A stretch of DNA of 64,000 bases, from assembly GCA_045121655.1 (NCBI GenBank), contig JBGVGM010000044.1, positions 2,825 through 66,824 on the forward strand. The letters run 5' to 3'. Under the pieces are notes generated by a model that was given only the letters and a program-made list of their open reading frames with translations, searched no databases and was not told where the DNA came from. The stretch is from Acutalibacteraceae bacterium (GTDB taxonomy: Bacteria; Bacillota; Clostridia; Oscillospirales; Acutalibacteraceae). The position numbers and the translations under genes were made by a program. The first letter of the stretch is position 1; every line of letters begins with the position of its first letter. Shown piece by piece: positions 47,941-57,454 of this stretch.

Positions 47941-47970
47941 TAAAAAGAAGCCACCGAAGTGACTTCTTTT
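47941..47970 (-). terminator. Terminator of the LRR-protein gene
   Basis: 10-bp stem 47945-47954 with 47959-47968 (one G-U on minus), loop CGAA, short T-run on minus. Confidence 0.55.
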
Positions 47971-47989
47971 AAGGTGTGATATATAAGAA

Positions 47990-49747
47990 TTAGTAGTGAG
48001 CTACACCGCAAGCGCAGGTTTTGTTTGTTCTGAAGAGTTTCTGGAAGAAGAGAATGATTTTGAAGAAGAAACCGGCTATACCGCCCTTGTGACAGTTGCA
48101 GGAGCAGTCGAAACTTCTGTCATAATCGCAATTACTGCACTTACTGCTTCCGTCTTCAAAGCTATGTCCCTTAGGTTTGACTATCTCTTGATATTCGTCA
48201 CCGCAAGAGCAAACATAAGTCATAGCACCCTCAATCAAACAAGAAGGCTCCACAGACTCAACAAGAACATAAGAATGCTCATGTTCTTCAAAACCTAGAA
48301 AATGTATGTTTGCTCTTGTGAGGCTTTCATTATCACTACGAATGATTATTTGTTCCCACTCTTCTTCTGTTCCGTAATAATATACATCTTCTATTGCATC
48401 ACAGCTTTCAAAAGCTAAATAATCAATAAAAACAACACTATGAGGAATAGTAACGCTCTTTAAACTAAAGCAACAATCGAACGCATAATAACTGATACTC
48501 GTTACGCCTTCCGGAATAATTATATCTTTTAAATTTGTACAGCAAAAGAATTGTGCAAATCCCATATCTGAATTTTTTGACATTTTTGCAGTTTCAATAC
48601 CTGAAAATGCAAAAGCATAACTTTCAATACTTGTAACACTATCAGGAATCTCTATACTTTTCAAGCTAGTGCAATTTTCAAAAGCATATGCTCCAATAGT
48701 TTTCAAGGAATTTGGCAGTACCACCTCACAAAGGTAATGCGCCATAACAAAGGCTTCTTCTGAAATATGTTCAGTTGTTTCCGGTAAAGCATATTTCTCT
48801 GCCTTGTTTTCTGAAGGATATCGTATAAGTATTTTCTTTTCTTTGTCGAATAAAACTCCCGATTCATCACTAGAATAACACTTGTTTTCTTCGCTAACAT
48901 TAAACGCTCTTATGCTTGGGCAATCAGCAAAACATTCATAACCTAACACTTCAACAGAACTTCCTATATGAATAGTTTGCAAGTTCGAACATTCATAAAT
49001 TGCTCTATCGCCGACTTCGATAACTTTATCTGTAATATTGAATTCTGTTAATCCGGAACACCCCTCAAATGCACTTTGTCCAATTTCTTTAACATTATCA
49101 CCTATATTTATATTTAATAACTTATCACAATCACAAAAAGCTCCAACTGCAATTCTCTCAACGGTATTGGGCATTGTGTACTCGTTCAAACCATTTGAGG
49201 CAGGAAAAGCCAACAACACTGTTTTATTTTTATTAAATAAAATTCCACCTTCACTCACATAATTTAGATTAGCATCATTTACAATAATTTTTTCCAATGA
49301 GTCACAATTAATAAACGCTGCTTCACTAATTGATAATACGCTATCAGGAATCTCTACTTGCGTTAAACTGAAACAGCAATCAAATGCATACATTCCTATT
49401 TTTTCTATTGTATTCGGTATACTTACAGATTTCACTTTAGTGAAATAAAGAAAAGCTTCATCTCCAATACTTTTCACTCCACTTTCAATTTTAATATTCG
49501 TTACATTTCTCCAATAAGAATACCATGGTGCCATATTTTCGTTAGAAGACGAATAATTTTCCATTTCACCTTCACCGCTAATAACAAGTTCACCATTATC
49601 GTAAACGGTCCACAGTATACTATTATCTTCGTCACCGCAACTTCCGCTGTCAATAATTGTGCCTTCTGCACTTGAAACAAATGAAATGTTGACAAAAAGC
49701 AATGTAACTAAAACTGTAAACCAACCGTATTTAATAATTTTTTTCAT
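47990..49747 (-). CDS. Secreted BspA-type leucine-rich-repeat (LRR_5) surface protein with a Cys/His module and a C-terminal CxCxCH amphipathic tail
   Basis: ORF track, 585 aa. Signal peptide, then about 12 repeats of the pattern IP.SV..IG..AF..C.SL. Tail is CSCNCHKGGIAGFFFKIILFFQKLFRTNKTCACGVAHY. The gene is visibly more AT-rich than its neighbours. Confidence 0.85.
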   Translation of the reverse strand: MKKIIKYGWFTVLVTLLFVNISFVSSAEGTIIDSGSCGDEDNSILWTVYDNGELVISGEGEMENYSSSNENMAPWYSYWRNVTNIKIESGVKSIGDEAFLYFTKVKSVSIPNTIEKIGMYAFDCCFSLTQVEIPDSVLSISEAAFINCDSLEKIIVNDANLNYVSEGGILFNKNKTVLLAFPASNGLNEYTMPNTVERIAVGAFCDCDKLLNINIGDNVKEIGQSAFEGCSGLTEFNITDKVIEVGDRAIYECSNLQTIHIGSSVEVLGYECFADCPSIRAFNVSEENKCYSSDESGVLFDKEKKILIRYPSENKAEKYALPETTEHISEEAFVMAHYLCEVVLPNSLKTIGAYAFENCTSLKSIEIPDSVTSIESYAFAFSGIETAKMSKNSDMGFAQFFCCTNLKDIIIPEGVTSISYYAFDCCFSLKSVTIPHSVVFIDYLAFESCDAIEDVYYYGTEEEWEQIIIRSDNESLTRANIHFLGFEEHEHSYVLVESVEPSCLIEGAMTYVCSCGDEYQEIVKPKGHSFEDGSSKCSNCDYDRSFDCSCNCHKGGIAGFFFKIILFFQKLFRTNKTCACGVAHY

Positions 49748-49782
49748 GTTATCATCTCCACTTTTCTTTTTTAACTTAATTA

Positions 49783-49799
49783 TAGTTAAATTTTAACTA
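49783..49799. promoter_or_regulatory. Candidate operator palindrome in the LRR/XRE divergent intergenic region
   Basis: TAGTTAAA-T-TTTAACTA is a perfect 8-1-8 palindrome. Related half-sites TAGTTGA (49813) and TAGTTAA (49836) lie nearby. Confidence 0.3.
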
Positions 49800-49889
49800 A
49801 ATTATATTCCTATTAGTTGATTTTGTCAAGATCAATAGTTAATTTTGTTATAAAATACAATTATAATAAATTTGAAGGAGGAGTCCATT

Positions 49890-50165
49890 ATGGATATTGG
49901 CATCAAAATAAGAAATATACGTGAAGATGCTGACCTGACACAAAAAGACATGGCCGCCCTCATCCCCATGAACCAATCCAACTACTCCAAAATTGAACGC
50001 AATGTACAAGACCCCAGTGTGTTCCAGCTCAAACGTATTGCAGAAATTCTGAGCATTGACCTCAATGAGCTTTTCGAACTGAAAGACAGTGCCAACGCAT
50101 ACTCCAAAGATTTGGTTTTCGCACGTAAAGTTAAAAAATTATACGAAGAAACATACACAAAATAA
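49890..50165 (+). CDS. XRE-family helix-turn-helix transcriptional regulator
   Basis: ORF track, 97 aa from a TTG, trimmed to MDIGIKIRNIRE (AGGAGG upstream). HTH_3 pattern LTQKDMAALIPMNQSNYSKIERN. Confidence 0.85.
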   Translation: MDIGIKIRNIREDADLTQKDMAALIPMNQSNYSKIERNVQDPSVFQLKRIAEILSIDLNELFELKDSANAYSKDLVFARKVKKLYEETYTK

Positions 50166-50205
50166 ACCTGCCCGATTCAAATCAAAACGGACAGGTATTT
50201 TTTTC
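50166..50205 (+). terminator. Terminator after the XRE gene
   Basis: ACCTGCCCG (50166-50174) pairs with CGGACAGGT (50188-50196) with one mismatch, then TATTTTTTT. Confidence 0.65.
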
Positions 50206-50414
50206 AGGTTAAACGAAAAACGACTGCCGAAGCAGCCGCTTTTCGTTTGAAGAGAGAATTAGAACATAATAATAGAGAAACGCATATTAATGAACGTATC
50301 TGTCTGATACACTTATAATATAAAACTTTTAGCCGCCTTTGTCAATAGATTTATCTAATTTTTTATAAAATTTCTTAATTTTTCTTAATTTTTACACTTT
50401 TAACACCTGCCCCT

Positions 50415-50443
50415 TTGCAATATACAAGCGTTTATGCTATGAT
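50415..50443 (+). promoter_or_regulatory. aroK promoter
   Basis: TTGCAA (50415-50420), 17 nt, TATGAT (50438-50443). Confidence 0.5.
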
Positions 50444-50472
50444 TATCAAAACAAACCGAAAGCGTGATTATT

Positions 50473-50964
50473 ATGAAAAACATAGTCTTAATAGGTATGC
50501 CCGGCGCCGGCAAAAGCACAATCGGCGTTCTTCTGGCAAAGGCGTTGCTTTACACCTTCTGCGACACCGATCTTGTAATCCAGAGCAAGTACGGTATGAG
50601 CCTTTCTCAGATAATAGAAAAAGAAGGCACCGACACCTTCCTTAAAATTGAAAACGATGTAATCGCTGCCTGCAATTTTGAATCCTCCGTAGTCGCCACC
50701 GGCGGCAGTGCGGTTTACGGCAACGAGGCTATGACAAAACTGAAAGAAAACGGTATTATAGTTTATCTCCATCTTCCCGTAAGCGAACTGCAGAAGCGTC
50801 TTTCAAACATCCGAACCCGTGGTGTTGCTATGAAAAAAGGCGAGACTATTGCTGAACTCTTCGATCAGCGCAAAGCCCTTTACGAAAAGTATGCAGACAT
50901 AACCGTTGACTGTTTAGGGCTGACTGCTGAGGAGTGCGTTGAGGAGATAATCAGAAAGATTTGA
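50473..50964 (+). CDS. aroK: Shikimate kinase
   Basis: ORF track, 166 aa from a GTG, trimmed to MKNIVLIGMPGAGKSTIG (Walker A). ...ATGGSAVY... Confidence 0.9.
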   Translation: MKNIVLIGMPGAGKSTIGVLLAKALLYTFCDTDLVIQSKYGMSLSQIIEKEGTDTFLKIENDVIAACNFESSVVATGGSAVYGNEAMTKLKENGIIVYLHLPVSELQKRLSNIRTRGVAMKKGETIAELFDQRKALYEKYADITVDCLGLTAEECVEEIIRKI

Positions 50965-51008
50965 CTTTTCTTCTATAATTTCTGATTTATACCATTTGCC
51001 TTGTATTA

Positions 51009-51048
51009 TTTTTCGTTATATTTTTTCGTTATATTTTTTCGTTGTACT
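51009..51048. repeat. Short tandem repeat, three copies of a ~13-nt unit
   Basis: TTTTTCGTTATA / TTTTTTCGTTATA / TTTTTTCGTTGTA in direct succession. Confidence 0.7.
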
Positions 51049-51054
51049 ATAAAA

Positions 51055-51081
51055 AAGGGTCTGCTACAAAAACAGACCCTT
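51055..51081. terminator. Bidirectional terminator between aroK and glgA
   Basis: AAGGGTCTG (51055-51063) pairs with CAGACCCTT (51073-51081). A-run before and T-run after. Confidence 0.8.
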
Positions 51082-51096
51082 TTCTTCTTTTTCATT

Positions 51097-51139
51097 ATGG
51101 GGCTTTGCCCCATACCCCACGAGCTTTTGTAAAAGCTCG
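51097..51139. repeat. Two adjacent perfect palindromic hairpins
   Basis: ATGGGGC-TTT-GCCCCAT (51097-51113) and CGAGCTTTT-GT-AAAAGCTCG (51120-51139), downstream of the glgA stop. Confidence 0.6.
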
Positions 51140-51180
51140 CCAAAACTTTACTAGTTTTTATTTACTTGTTTCTATGTTCC

Positions 51181-52605
51181 TTATTTCAACATTTGCTTAT
51201 ACATTCTGATATACTCATTTGCACTCTTGCCCCAACTGAAATCACACTCAATCGCTCTCTTAACAAGCATATCCCAATGCTTCTTATCACCGTAAGCTGA
51301 AAGTGAACGTCTGATTGCGTCAAGCATATCGTGTGCGTTATAAGTCTTGAATGTAAAGCCGTTGCCTTCACCATCACCGCTATCTGTGATCGAGTCACGA
51401 AGACCGCCTGTTTCACGTACGATAGGCACTGTGCCGTAACGAAGAGCTATCATCTGTGAAAGACCGCAGGGCTCACTCTTTGAGGGCATAAGGAAAAGGT
51501 CAGCACCGGCATAGATTTTTCTTGAAAGAGAAGGCACGAAGCCGATTCTTACTCCAATCTTATCAGGATACTTGTCTGCCATTTCCTTGAAGAAGTTTTC
51601 ATACTGCCAGTCGCCTGAGCCGAGAACAACAAACTGTACATCTGTTGTGTAAAGAAGCTCGTCAAGAATACCCTTGATAAGGTCAAGTCCCTTATGGGAA
51701 ACAAGACGTGTTACAAGGCCGATTACAGGTACATCTTCTCTCTGAGGAAGGCCCATTGTTTTCTGAAGTGCTTTCTTGTTTGCAGCCTTACCCTTCTTTA
51801 CATCTTTAACGCTGAAGTTCTTTTCGATACAAGAATCTGTTTCGGGGTTATAGTTATCAACGTCGATACCGTTGAGGATACCCTCAAGCTTCCACTGTCT
51901 CTGCTTGAGAATTGTATCAAGGCCGTGGCTGTACCAGGGGTCAAGAATTTCGTTTGCATAAGATGGTGAAACGGTTGTAACTTTATTGGCACATTCGATA
52001 GCGCCCTTCATAAAGTTTACATCGCCATCGTATTCAACGATCTGTGTATCCTCGGGGTTAATACCGATAACGTCGCTGATAAGCTCCTTACCGTAGGTAC
52101 CCTGATACTGAATGTTATGAATTGTAAATACAGTCTTGATTCCCTGATACCAAGGATCCTTGCTGTAGAAGGTGGTATAGAAAACGGGAGTAAGAGCTGT
52201 CTGCCAGTCATTACAGTGAATAATATCAGGCTTGAAATCGATAACAGGGAGAATTTCAAGAATCGCTCTTGAGAAGAATGTAAATCTCTCTGCGTCATCA
52301 TAATGACCGTAAATTGTATCTCTCTTGAAGTAGTACTGATTATCGATGAAGTAGTAAATTACGCCCTCATGCTTAGCCTGGAAAATTCCGCAGTACTGTC
52401 TTCTCCACGCAACAGGAACGGAGATGTTTGTGATAAAGGTCATTTTATCCTTAAGCTCCTGCTTTATGGTGTCATAAAGAGGCATAACCACACGGCAGCC
52501 GATAAGTCTTTTTCTCAGCGCCTGAGGAAGTGAACCGGCAACGTCGCCCAGTCCGCCGCTGGCCATAAAAGGCAGAGCTTCACTTGATGCATATAAAACT
52601 TTCAT
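51181..52605 (-). CDS. glgA: Glycogen synthase (ADP-glucose type)
   Basis: ORF track, 474 aa. MKVLYASSEALPFMASGGLGDVAGSLP... Confidence 0.95.
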   Translation of the reverse strand: MKVLYASSEALPFMASGGLGDVAGSLPQALRKRLIGCRVVMPLYDTIKQELKDKMTFITNISVPVAWRRQYCGIFQAKHEGVIYYFIDNQYYFKRDTIYGHYDDAERFTFFSRAILEILPVIDFKPDIIHCNDWQTALTPVFYTTFYSKDPWYQGIKTVFTIHNIQYQGTYGKELISDVIGINPEDTQIVEYDGDVNFMKGAIECANKVTTVSPSYANEILDPWYSHGLDTILKQRQWKLEGILNGIDVDNYNPETDSCIEKNFSVKDVKKGKAANKKALQKTMGLPQREDVPVIGLVTRLVSHKGLDLIKGILDELLYTTDVQFVVLGSGDWQYENFFKEMADKYPDKIGVRIGFVPSLSRKIYAGADLFLMPSKSEPCGLSQMIALRYGTVPIVRETGGLRDSITDSGDGEGNGFTFKTYNAHDMLDAIRRSLSAYGDKKHWDMLVKRAIECDFSWGKSANEYIRMYKQMLK

Positions 52606-52638
52606 AGTCTGTTTTGTTTCCTTTCTGTGGGTAAGTTA

Positions 52639-53751
52639 TTAAACTGTAATACCCTTTCCGATATAAAGAGGATAGGTTTCTGCACCGCTGAGTTCACGTG
52701 CAGGCTTAACAACAACATCTTTATCAACAATTGCGCAATTGATTTTTGCGTTTGTGCTGATATAGCTGTCCTGCATAATGATTGAGTTCTTTACAACTGC
52801 ACCTTCGGCTACGTAAACGCCTCTTGCAAGAACACAGTTTTCAACTGTACCCTTGATGATACAGCCGTCAGCAATAAGTGAATCGCTTGTCTTTGAGCAT
52901 ACGCCGTAAATTGCAGGCATATCGTCACGAACCTTTGTATAAACAGGTCTGTCAGCCTTGAACAGATCTCTGAACTCGCCTGAAAGAAGCTGCATATTGA
53001 TATCGTAGTAGCTCTGAAGTGAATCAATTGTCTTTGCGTACTCTTCAATCTTATAGCCTCTGATATAGAGATCCTGAGCATTCTTAGCGATAATATCTCT
53101 TTCAAAGCTTTCTGCACCTGAGCTGATTGCACCGTTGATAAGTCTTTCAAGAAGAACTCTGCTCATAATGATGATATTAAGTGAATAGTCGCAAGCTTCA
53201 TCTGTCTTTGCGTCAACTGCAACGTTTGTGATTCTGTCGCCGTCAAAGCTGAAGCTCATTGTACCGAGAAGCTTGGGTGCGATACCTCTCTTATAAGCAA
53301 TTGAAATATCAGCGCCTGATTCAACGTGGCTGTCAATAAAATCTGTGTAATCAAGGTTGCAAACCACGTTACAGTCAGCGAAAAGAACATAGTCCTTGCC
53401 TGATTTCGAAATGTAGTTCATCATACCCTTGAGAGCCTCAACTCTTCCCTTATAAACGCCGCCGTCACCTGTAAGGCTGAAAGGAGGAAGAAGAGTCATA
53501 CCGTCTCTTTTTCTTGAAAGATCCCAGGGCTTACCTGAGCCAAGGTGGTCCATAAGTGACTGATAGTTAGCCTTTGTGCTTACGCCAACCTTACCGATTG
53601 AGCTGTTTACCATACCTGAAAGTACAAAGTCAATAAGTCTGTATCTTCCTGCGAAGGGTACTGAACCCATGGTACGCACACTTGTAAGCTCGCTTATGCA
53701 ATCGTCATAAACATTTGAATATACAATTCCCAATACATCTGAAGCGTACAT
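52639..53751 (-). CDS. glgD: Glucose-1-phosphate adenylyltransferase, GlgD subunit
   Basis: ORF track, 370 aa. GlgC-like but lacks the GGxGxRL loop (..RTMGSVPFAGRYRLIDF..). Sits in the typical Firmicutes glgC-glgD arrangement. Confidence 0.9.
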   Translation of the reverse strand: MYASDVLGIVYSNVYDDCISELTSVRTMGSVPFAGRYRLIDFVLSGMVNSSIGKVGVSTKANYQSLMDHLGSGKPWDLSRKRDGMTLLPPFSLTGDGGVYKGRVEALKGMMNYISKSGKDYVLFADCNVVCNLDYTDFIDSHVESGADISIAYKRGIAPKLLGTMSFSFDGDRITNVAVDAKTDEACDYSLNIIIMSRVLLERLINGAISSGAESFERDIIAKNAQDLYIRGYKIEEYAKTIDSLQSYYDINMQLLSGEFRDLFKADRPVYTKVRDDMPAIYGVCSKTSDSLIADGCIIKGTVENCVLARGVYVAEGAVVKNSIIMQDSYISTNAKINCAIVDKDVVVKPARELSGAETYPLYIGKGITV

Positions 53752-53752
53752 A

Positions 53753-54967
53753 TTATTCAGCCTCCTTTACATCTGTGTCAATCATTTCTTTAGCTTTTAC
53801 TGCGGCTTTCTTGCCGATTGTAACCTTTTCACCGATAACGGTTACGCCCCAATTATCAAGGTTATCGCAATTTTCAGGACTTTCGCCTACGCGAGCGCCT
53901 TCGTCGATAACTGCATTTTCAGCAACAATTGAGTATTCAACAACTGCGCCTGACTTGATTGTTGTGCCGGGCATAATAATTGAATATCTTACCTTTGCGC
54001 CCTCTTCAACTGTTACGTTTGAGAAAAGGATTGAGTAGTCAACGTCGCCGTCGATTACGCAGCCTTCACCGATCATTGAGTTTTCAACTGCAGCCTTCTT
54101 TGAAATGAAGTGAGGAGGTGCAACGGGGTTTCTTGAATAAATCTTCCAGCTGTCGTCTGAAAGGTCAAGGTCAACCTTGGGATTGAGAAGGTCGAGGTTT
54201 GCTTCCCAAAGACTGTCGATTGTACCAACGTCTTTCCAGTAGCCGTCGAACTTATAAGCGAACATCTTTTCGCCGTTTTCGTGCATTGCGGGAATAACGT
54301 CGTGACCGAAGTCGTTACCTGAATTGGGGTTAGCTTCGTCGTCAATAAGGTACTGACGGAGCTTGCTCCATGTAAAGATATAAACACCCATTGAAGCCTT
54401 GTTGCTCTTGGGATTCTTGGGCTTTTCTTCAAACTCTGAAATTGAGCCGTCGTCGTTTACGAACATAAGGCCGAAGCGTGATGCTTCCTCCCATGGTACT
54501 TCAAGCATTGCGATTGTGCAGGCTGCGCCCTTTTCCTTGTGGAATCTGAGCATCTTGTTGTAGTCCATCTTATAGATGTGGTCACCTGAAAGAACCGCAA
54601 CATATTCGGGGTTGTATCTGTCAATAAAGTTGATATTCTGATAAATTGCGTTAGCTGTACCCTTATACCATTCTGTACCCTTGATCTGCTGATAGGGTGA
54701 AAGCACATGAACACCGCCGTAGCTTCTGTCAAGGTCCCAGGGCTGACCGTTTCCGATATAATCGTTCAGCTCGAGAGGCTGATACTGTGTAAGCACACCT
54801 ACTGTTTCAATACCTGAGTTGATGCAGTTTGAAAGAGGGAAGTCGATAATACGATACTTTCCGCCGTAGGGTACTGCAGGTTTTGCGATGTTTTTTGTGA
54901 GTATACCGAGTCTGCTACCCTGACCGCCGGCAAGGAGCATTGCAAGGCACTCTGTTTTCTTAACCAT
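53753..54967 (-). CDS. glgC: Glucose-1-phosphate adenylyltransferase
   Basis: ORF track, 404 aa. [29 protein letters not shown]. Confidence 0.95.
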   Translation of the reverse strand: MVKKTECLAMLLAGGQGSRLGILTKNIAKPAVPYGGKYRIIDFPLSNCINSGIETVGVLTQYQPLELNDYIGNGQPWDLDRSYGGVHVLSPYQQIKGTEWYKGTANAIYQNINFIDRYNPEYVAVLSGDHIYKMDYNKMLRFHKEKGAACTIAMLEVPWEEASRFGLMFVNDDGSISEFEEKPKNPKSNKASMGVYIFTWSKLRQYLIDDEANPNSGNDFGHDVIPAMHENGEKMFAYKFDGYWKDVGTIDSLWEANLDLLNPKVDLDLSDDSWKIYSRNPVAPPHFISKKAAVENSMIGEGCVIDGDVDYSILFSNVTVEEGAKVRYSIIMPGTTIKSGAVVEYSIVAENAVIDEGARVGESPENCDNLDNWGVTVIGEKVTIGKKAAVKAKEMIDTDVKEAE

Positions 54968-54996
54968 AAAAATTCCTCCGTTTCTATTTTTGTAAA

Positions 54997-56958
54997 TTAT
55001 TTTTTCTCTTTGGTTTTTGCAGCTGTTTTCTTCTCCGGCTTTTCAGAGATTTTTTTAGCTGCTCTTTTTGCTTTGGGCTTGTGCTTAAGGTAAATGCATG
55101 AGAATCCGGGAATGTCAACGCTTATGCTGTTTTCGAAGCCGTGCATGGGAATCTTCTTTGAGGTTGCCTTGGTTTTTGTTCCCTTGCCGTCGCCGCCGAA
55201 CTCTTCAGCATCTGTGTTGAGAATTACCTCATAGCTTCCCTCAGCAGGTACACCGAAGCAGTATTTTTCGCGCATAACCGGTGTAAAGTTACAGATTGCA
55301 ACAACAGTTTCTCCCTTCTTATCCTTTCTTGCAAAAGCAATTACACTGTTATTATTATCGTCACTTACAAGCCACTGGAAGCCTTCCCAGCTGTAATCAA
55401 TCTCCCAGAAGGCGGGAGTTTTTGCATAAAGATGATTAAGCTTCTTGACATAATCCTTAAGCTGTCTGTGCTTATCGTATCCGAGAAGAAGCCAGTCAAG
55501 ACCGCTGTCGTACTTCCATTCAATAAACTGACCGAATTCCTGACCCATAAAGGTAAGCTTTTTACCCGGGTGAATCATCATATAAGCAAGGAATGAACGT
55601 ATCCCCTTGAATTTATCGTCATACTCACCGGGCATTTTGCCGATAAGAGAGCATTTGCCGTGAACAACCTCATCGTGGGAAATCGGCAGAATGAAATTCT
55701 CAGAGAAAGCATAGAAGAACGAGAAGGTAAGAAGGTTGTGGTTAAACTTTCTTGAAAGTCCGTCCATCGAGAAATATCTCAGAGCATCATTCATCCAGCC
55801 CATATTCCACTTGAAGTTAAAGCCGAGGCCCCCGATATCTGTAGGCTTTGAAACAAGGGGCCACGCTGTGCTTTCTTCGGCAATCATAAGCACGCCGGGG
55901 AAGTCTCTGAAAATTCCGCTGTTGAGCTTTCTCAAGAATTCAACCGCTTCAAGGTTTTCGTTTCCGCCATCCTTGTTTGCCATCCAGTGACCGTCTTCTC
56001 TGCCATAATCAAGATAGAGCATTGAAGCAACCGCGTCAACACGAAGACCGTCTATGTGATACTTATCAAGCCAGAAGGCAGCCGAGCTTGTAAGGAAGGA
56101 TATAACCTCGTTTCTTCCGAAGTCGAATACCTTTGTACCCCACTGAAGATGCTCACCCTTCTTGGGATTTTCATATTCGTAGCAGGCTTCGCCGTCAAAC
56201 ATAGAAAGTCCGTGCTCGTCCTTGGGAAAGTGAGCAGGCACCCAGTCGAGAATTACCGAAATTCCGCTCTGGTGGCACTTGTCAACAAAGTACATAAAAT
56301 CGTGGGGTGTGCCGTATCTTGAGGTCGCTGCAAAATATCCCGTTACCTGATAGCCCCAGGAGCCGTCAAAGGGATATTCACTCATAGGCATAAGCTCAAG
56401 GTGAGTATATCCCATATCCTTAACATAGGGCACAAGCTCATCGGCAAGCTCTCTGTAGGAATAAGTGTTGCCGTCGTCGTGGATTTTCCAGGAGCCTGCG
56501 TGAACCTCGTAGATGTTCATGGGAGACTCGTAAACGTTAGTAGTTTTCTTTTTATCCTGCCACTTTGTGTCGCCCCACTTATAGCCGTTAAGCTCATAAT
56601 ACTTTGAAGCTGTGTCAGGTCTTGTTTCGGCGTGAAAAGCATAAGGGTCGCACTTGGCAGTTTTCTTGCCCGAAGCGGCTGTTACGAGAATCTTGTAATT
56701 ATCGTAAACCTTAACGCCGCTGATGTAAGCTTCCCACATTCCCGCATCGTTGATTTTCTGAAGGGGATCTGCGTTTTCATTCCAACCGTTGAAATCACCG
56801 ATTATGCTGACTGCTGCAGCGTGAGGAGCCCACACTCTGACAGAGAAAAGGTCCTTTTCGCCTTCCACTCTGTGGACACCCATATATTCGTACGCTCTCA
56901 TATTATTGCCCTGATGGTACAGATAAAGAGCTAAATCGTCGCCTCTCTTTTTAGTCAT
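54997..56958 (-). CDS. glgB: 1,4-alpha-glucan branching enzyme (GH13) with a lysine-rich C-terminal tail
   Basis: ORF track, 653 aa. Motifs [37 protein letters not shown]. Tail is [27 protein letters not shown]. Confidence 0.95.
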   Translation of the reverse strand: MTKKRGDDLALYLYHQGNNMRAYEYMGVHRVEGEKDLFSVRVWAPHAAAVSIIGDFNGWNENADPLQKINDAGMWEAYISGVKVYDNYKILVTAASGKKTAKCDPYAFHAETRPDTASKYYELNGYKWGDTKWQDKKKTTNVYESPMNIYEVHAGSWKIHDDGNTYSYRELADELVPYVKDMGYTHLELMPMSEYPFDGSWGYQVTGYFAATSRYGTPHDFMYFVDKCHQSGISVILDWVPAHFPKDEHGLSMFDGEACYEYENPKKGEHLQWGTKVFDFGRNEVISFLTSSAAFWLDKYHIDGLRVDAVASMLYLDYGREDGHWMANKDGGNENLEAVEFLRKLNSGIFRDFPGVLMIAEESTAWPLVSKPTDIGGLGFNFKWNMGWMNDALRYFSMDGLSRKFNHNLLTFSFFYAFSENFILPISHDEVVHGKCSLIGKMPGEYDDKFKGIRSFLAYMMIHPGKKLTFMGQEFGQFIEWKYDSGLDWLLLGYDKHRQLKDYVKKLNHLYAKTPAFWEIDYSWEGFQWLVSDDNNNSVIAFARKDKKGETVVAICNFTPVMREKYCFGVPAEGSYEVILNTDAEEFGGDGKGTKTKATSKKIPMHGFENSISVDIPGFSCIYLKHKPKAKRAAKKISEKPEKKTAAKTKEKK

Positions 56959-57217
56959 TTCAACACTCCTTTTTTTATGATGGTAAGCCCACTGCCCCCA
57001 TCATTACATTTATTCATATATCATAATAGCACTCCTTGAAATAAAATTCAATAGTTTTTGGCATTTTGTTACAAGGTGATTAAAAACTATTCATATATTT
57101 TAGTTACTTTGTTAGAAGAATTCTGTCAAATTATAAGATTTCATCCATTTTATATTGCAGCTTTTATACCTGAAGCCTGCGTAAACAGCTTTGTCTTTGT
57201 AAAAAGGCCGGAAATTC

Positions 57218-57246
57218 TGTAAAAACATGCCATTTTGTGATATAAT
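57218..57246 (+). promoter_or_regulatory. Orphan extended -10 promoter pointing into the structured element
   Basis: TGTAAA (57218-57223), 17 nt, TATAAT (57241-57246), preceded by TGa (TGnTATAAT consensus). There is no downstream + strand ORF. Confidence 0.4.
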
Positions 57247-57288
57247 ACATTTATCAACAAAAGCTAAGCTCCCTCTTTCTTAAAAGAA

Positions 57289-57425
57289 CGGGCGCCGACA
57301 AAATCAAAGCAAGAAATCCCCGAAGATTTCTTGCTTTGATTTTATTCTGTCAAAGACAGAATCGCCGAAAGAAAATCTTCACCCCGTCTGAAAGGCGAAG
57401 ATTTTCTTTCGGCTGTCGGCGCCCG
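57289..57425. other. 137-nt perfect nested palindrome that folds as a four-way junction; candidate ncRNA or palindromic DNA element
   Basis: Outer stem 57289-57299/57415-57425 (11 bp). H1 57300-57318/57325-57343 (19 bp). H2 57344-57351/57355-57362 (8 bp). H3 57365-57380/57397-57412 (16 bp). All pairs are Watson-Crick with no mismatches. Confidence 0.7.
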
Positions 57426-57454
57426 GCTTACCGGTTATCGCCATTTAACTTTAA

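Noticed and set aside
51009-51048. A CRISPR-like or other significant repeat array.
   Set aside because: There are only three contiguous ~13-nt units, no spacers and no cas genes. It is a simple tandem repeat.
57140-57262. A small minus-strand ORF (TTG start, about 35 aa: MINVLYHKMACFYRISGLFTKTKLFTQASGIKAAI) downstream of a GAGGGAG motif next to the palindromic element.
   Set aside because: The RBS-to-start spacing is about 11 nt, the start is non-ATG, and the composition is unremarkable. The GAGGGAG is equally explained as the complement of the C/U-rich tract on the + strand.
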